Assembly (NCBI GenBank): GCA_050012755.1
Contig: JBEKGO010000023.1
Location: 1 to 40,880, forward strand
Direction of reading: 5' to 3'
Origin: Candidatus Bathyarchaeia archaeon
Lineage (GTDB): Archaea > Thermoproteota > Bathyarchaeia > Bathyarchaeales > Bathycorpusculaceae
Length of the DNA stretch: 40,880 nt
The translations under genes were made by a program, and so were the position numbers. The notes below the pieces were generated by a model. It did not search any database. It was given only the letters and a program-made list of their open reading frames with translations, and was not told the DNA's origin. This document shows, piece after piece, positions 37,427 through 40,880 of this stretch (positions are counted from its first letter, which is position 1; every line of letters starts with the position of its first letter).

Positions 37427-38869
37427 ATGTCAGATACTGGGGTTACCGTTAAGAAAAACGAAGACTTTTCCGAATGGTACATAGAAGTTATTCTAAAAGC
37501 TGGACTTGCAGATTACGCGCCAGTTAAAGGCTGCATGATTATTCGCGAAGACGCTTACGCAGTTTGGGAGAAAATCCAGGAAATCCTAAACAAGAAAATC
37601 AAAGCTACTGGACACCGCAATGTGTATTTTCCAATGTTTATTCCTGAAGCGTTCCTGAAAAAGGAGGCTGAGCATTTTGCTGGTTTCACACCTGAAGTTG
37701 CATGGATCACTCAGGGTGGAGATACACCGCTTGATGAGAGACTGGCTGTTCGGCCAACCAGCGAAACTATTATGTATGATGCCTTTAGCAAATGGGTTCG
37801 CAGTTGGCGTGATCTGCCCATTAAAATTAACCAATGGTGCAACATTGTCAGGTGGGAAACCAAAGCTACAAGACTGTTTTTGCGTACTAGGGAGTTTCTT
37901 TGGCAGGAAGGTCACACTGCACACGCCACAAGTGAGCAGGCGGAAGCTGAAGTCATGTATGCCCTTGGCGAGTACAAGGACATAGTTGAGAATTACCTTG
38001 CAATTCCAGTTCTCATTGGCACTAAGAGTGACAGCGAAAAATTTGCTGGCGCGCTCTACACGACGACATTAGAATCTATGATGTCTGATGGAAAAGCTTT
38101 GCAGATGGGAACCAGCCATAATTTGGGGCAGCATTTTGCTAAAGTTTTCGATGTAAAATTCATCGGCGAAGACAAATTGGACCACTATGTTTGGCAGACC
38201 AGCTGGGGCATCACAACAAGGCTCATTGGCGCTATGGTCATGGTTCATGGCGACGACAAAGGCTTAATCATGCCGCCTAAAGTGGCGCCTGTACAAGTTG
38301 TTATTGTTCCAATTCTCTTCAAAAGCGCCGAACAAGCCGCCATAGCGGCTAAAACTAAAGAAATCGCTGAAACCCTCAAGGCAAAAGGCTTCAGCGTCAT
38401 TTTAGATGACAGAGAAGAGTATACTCCAGGCTGGAAATTTAACCAATGGGAACTCAAAGGCGTTCCAGTCAGAATCGAACTTGGCCCACGAGACCTAAAA
38501 CAAGGGCAAGTAGTTATGGTTCGACGGGATACAGGCAAAAAGACTCCTGTCAAAGAATCAGAAATCCCAATCGCCCTCGAGAAGCTTCTAGTGGAAATTC
38601 AGGATAACCTCTTCGCCAAAGCCAAAGCCCTGCTGCAGGAAAAAACCACCACTGTGCAAAACTATGAAGAATTCAAATCAGTTCTCTGCGACAAAGGCGG
38701 CTTCATCAAGGCAGCATGGTGCGGTAGCCCAGACGATGAAGCAAAAATTAAAGACGAAACAGGCGCAACCATCAGAGTTCTACCCTTCCAGAAAGAAGAG
38801 CCGATAACCAACTGCGTTTACTGCGGAAAGACTGCTAAGGAAATGGTGTATTTTGCAAGGTCATATTGA
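37427..38869 (+). CDS. proS: Proline--tRNA ligase (archaeal/eukaryotic type)
   Basis: FSEWY, RPTSET, FLRTREFLWQEGHT, SHNLGQ, SWGITTR and C-terminal FARSY. Confidence 0.98.
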   Translation: MSDTGVTVKKNEDFSEWYIEVILKAGLADYAPVKGCMIIREDAYAVWEKIQEILNKKIKATGHRNVYFPMFIPEAFLKKEAEHFAGFTPEVAWITQGGDTPLDERLAVRPTSETIMYDAFSKWVRSWRDLPIKINQWCNIVRWETKATRLFLRTREFLWQEGHTAHATSEQAEAEVMYALGEYKDIVENYLAIPVLIGTKSDSEKFAGALYTTTLESMMSDGKALQMGTSHNLGQHFAKVFDVKFIGEDKLDHYVWQTSWGITTRLIGAMVMVHGDDKGLIMPPKVAPVQVVIVPILFKSAEQAAIAAKTKEIAETLKAKGFSVILDDREEYTPGWKFNQWELKGVPVRIELGPRDLKQGQVVMVRRDTGKKTPVKESEIPIALEKLLVEIQDNLFAKAKALLQEKTTTVQNYEEFKSVLCDKGGFIKAAWCGSPDDEAKIKDETGATIRVLPFQKEEPITNCVYCGKTAKEMVYFARSY

Positions 38870-40715
38870 CACTTTGCTCATTTTCTTTTTCTAGTTTCAC
38901 GTAAGCGTCAAGCTCTTTTGCCTCTTGACCTAAACCTATCCGTTCCAGAGTGGACAGGCTTGGCACTCCTCGCATATCCCAGCCTCTTTTTTCATAATAA
39001 GTAGTTAGCATCTCATTGTATTTCTTAATATCAAGTGCCTTGCCCTTTAACACGCCTTGAGTTAATGGGTCTTTAAACCATCTCAGAGGCGGGACATCCA
39101 ACTCTCGGCTCCACTTTTCCTTATACTCTCGAACCCAGAAAGCACGTATCAAATTGAGTATTCTGTCGCTAATTTCATTCAGCTGCTGAAGAGAGAACTC
39201 TAACCCTGTAGCTGCTTTCAAGTATTTTTGGTACCATTCAAGCTCGAAGCCAAGCGAGTTGTAGGGGAATCGGCAAATGGTTAAAGCCTCAAAGAGTCCG
39301 CCTCGGATAAGCTGGGTTTCAATCAGGTGATCAATTTTTGCTGGGTCGAAACTTTCTCTGCCCACTTTCATCTCCCAAGTTATAACCCAAGCATCTTTAT
39401 GATGTGCGCCAATTGAGTTGGTGCCGTAAGCTAAAGCCATCGCTGGTGCTGCGTGGCAATCATAAGCAGAAACTTCTAAGCCTTTAACATGCATCGCCCA
39501 CTCGCTCGATCCATTACCAACAACTTTGGAGGCGGCTCTCACTCCTTCAGCTAAAACAGCGCCAAAACCGCGTCTGTACGCAATATCGTTAATCAATGCT
39601 TTAGTCTCTTCAAACTGTCCCCACCCAATCTTTTCAGTAATCAGCCCTTTTTCAGAGGCTTCCATAGCAAAGCCAAGCACGTTCCCAAGAGAAATAGCGT
39701 CAAACCCAAACTCGTCAGCCATACGGTTCAAGGTAGCAACTTGAGCAAGGTCTCCAAAACCAATGTTAGAACCAAGCATAACAACGTTTTCGTAATCCAG
39801 CTCTGAATCTTTTCCTTCACTGTCTTTGACAACATTGCCGCAGGTCATGTTGCATTGTGGGCAGCCACGGTTGGAAATCTTGATTTTTTCCATAGAAAAC
39901 CCTCCGATTTCCTCGGCTTTGTCGAAAACAGCTTGCCTGTAGTTGAAAGTAGGTAATGCACTGTTTTCCTGCGACCACTCCACGGTTGACATTGTTCCCT
40001 GCCGCTTCCAAAATTGGTAGAGCGGTTTAGAAAGTACTTCTCGATAACCATCAGCAGCTAGCTTCCGCACTTCGTCCGGATCTGCAAGCGGTATTTGCCC
40101 TGTGCCTTCAATTATTATTGCTTTTAAATTTTTTGAGCCCAATACAGCACCCATTCCAGGTCTGCCGCCTGCACGTCCCTTTTGAGAAACAACATTAGCA
40201 AATTTGACCTGGTTCTCCCCTGCTGGGCCAATCGAAAGGATGCCTGATGTACCCGAATACTTTTTTCTAAGTTGCTCTTCTAATTCAAAGGCATTTAAAC
40301 CCCAAAAATCCTTTGCATCAACAAACTCACACGCTTTATCCTTAATATGGACGATGATTGGCTTCTCAGCTTTTCCTTCGATTATGAGTGCATCGTAACC
40401 TGCGTTGCGCATGTGCACAGCAGCCAATGTTCCAATGTTTCCGTCGCCGTAGCCGCCGGTTAAGGGGCTTTTTGATGCAACAACAAGTTTACCGCTGTTC
40501 GGTAAACCAATTGCCGTTAAAGGTCCAGTCGCAAAAATCAGTTTATTTTCAGGCGAAAGTGGGTCAGTTCCTTGTTTGAGGGTGTCCCAGAGGATTTTGA
40601 TTGCGAACCCTCTTCCGCCCAGAAAATTCAACGCTAGATCCTGCTTGTATTCTTCTACAACAGCCTGACTTTTGTTTAAATTTATTTTAAGAAAATTTCC
40701 AGTCCAGCCAAACAT
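38835..40715 (-). CDS. aor: Tungsten-containing aldehyde:ferredoxin oxidoreductase-family protein
   Basis: LGGRG, KSPLTG, IGPAGE, GRPGMGAVLGSKNLKA, CPQCNMTC, DEFGFD, YYEKRGWD. Start is probably ATG 40715 (MFGWTG). Confidence 0.93.
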   Translation of the reverse strand: MFGWTGNFLKINLNKSQAVVEEYKQDLALNFLGGRGFAIKILWDTLKQGTDPLSPENKLIFATGPLTAIGLPNSGKLVVASKSPLTGGYGDGNIGTLAAVHMRNAGYDALIIEGKAEKPIIVHIKDKACEFVDAKDFWGLNAFELEEQLRKKYSGTSGILSIGPAGENQVKFANVVSQKGRAGGRPGMGAVLGSKNLKAIIIEGTGQIPLADPDEVRKLAADGYREVLSKPLYQFWKRQGTMSTVEWSQENSALPTFNYRQAVFDKAEEIGGFSMEKIKISNRGCPQCNMTCGNVVKDSEGKDSELDYENVVMLGSNIGFGDLAQVATLNRMADEFGFDAISLGNVLGFAMEASEKGLITEKIGWGQFEETKALINDIAYRRGFGAVLAEGVRAASKVVGNGSSEWAMHVKGLEVSAYDCHAAPAMALAYGTNSIGAHHKDAWVITWEMKVGRESFDPAKIDHLIETQLIRGGLFEALTICRFPYNSLGFELEWYQKYLKAATGLEFSLQQLNEISDRILNLIRAFWVREYKEKWSRELDVPPLRWFKDPLTQGVLKGKALDIKKYNEMLTTYYEKRGWDMRGVPSLSTLERIGLGQEAKELDAYVKLEKENEQSVNMTLQNTPFP

Positions 40716-40880
40716 GCTGTTCACCAAAACCAAATCATTTCAAGGGAAATCAAAAATAAAAATGTGCTGAGCCTCCTTTTTTTAGGGGGGTAAGGATAAG
40801 TGAACCATTTCACGCAGTTTATCTTAGGAACATTTATTTTTTCCGTTAGCAAGTGTTTGGGTTACAGGGAATAAAACTTG

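Noticed and set aside
40740-40880. Sequence at the right edge of the window
   Set aside because: Too short to assign; no recognisable frame.
1-40880. tRNA/rRNA genes, CRISPR arrays, IS elements, integrases, inteins
   Set aside because: None recognised by eye, and protein lengths are normal for their families. A covariance-model search was not possible, so small guide RNAs could be missed.

Overview
A gene-dense archaeal chromosome segment of mostly housekeeping genes, about 50 CDS. The gene set (arcadin-1, TFEbeta/RPC34-like factor, ribophorin-I-like protein, separate Kae1 and Bud32, non-catalytic proteasome beta, frequent TTG starts) points to a TACK archaeon, most likely Bathyarchaeia; this is inferred, not searched. 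In order: YHS chaperone plus YHS-CopA, parvulin, ferredoxin, ribophorin-I-like protein, the kae1-bud32-rdgB / rps15-GAN-pcc1 cluster, TFEbeta-rlmE-DUF4152-SpoIIM, nadC, glycosyltransferase, AMMECR1, psmB, ogt, nadM, PrsW, flavodoxin, cdc48-wHTH-GGR-pth2-truD, Zn-finger plus EF1B, fen1, glmS with a divergent ArsR-fusion regulator, DUF371, trm5, rtcA, acylphosphatase, arcadin-1, PadR plus ABC-2 exporter, proS and a tungsten AOR. Hand translation recovered four genes missing from the ORF track: the YHS protein, a 2x[4Fe-4S] ferredoxin, CTG-initiated Pcc1 and a DUF1610 Zn finger. It also revealed two cryptic Cys-rich frames, one with TGA exactly at a CxxC cysteine. I saw no tRNA, rRNA, CRISPR array or mobile element. 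Best leads: the ribophorin-I-like protein, the TGA-interrupted Zn ribbon, the glmS-linked ArsR fusion and the orphan arcadin-1. All family calls come from motif recognition and no database search was run.
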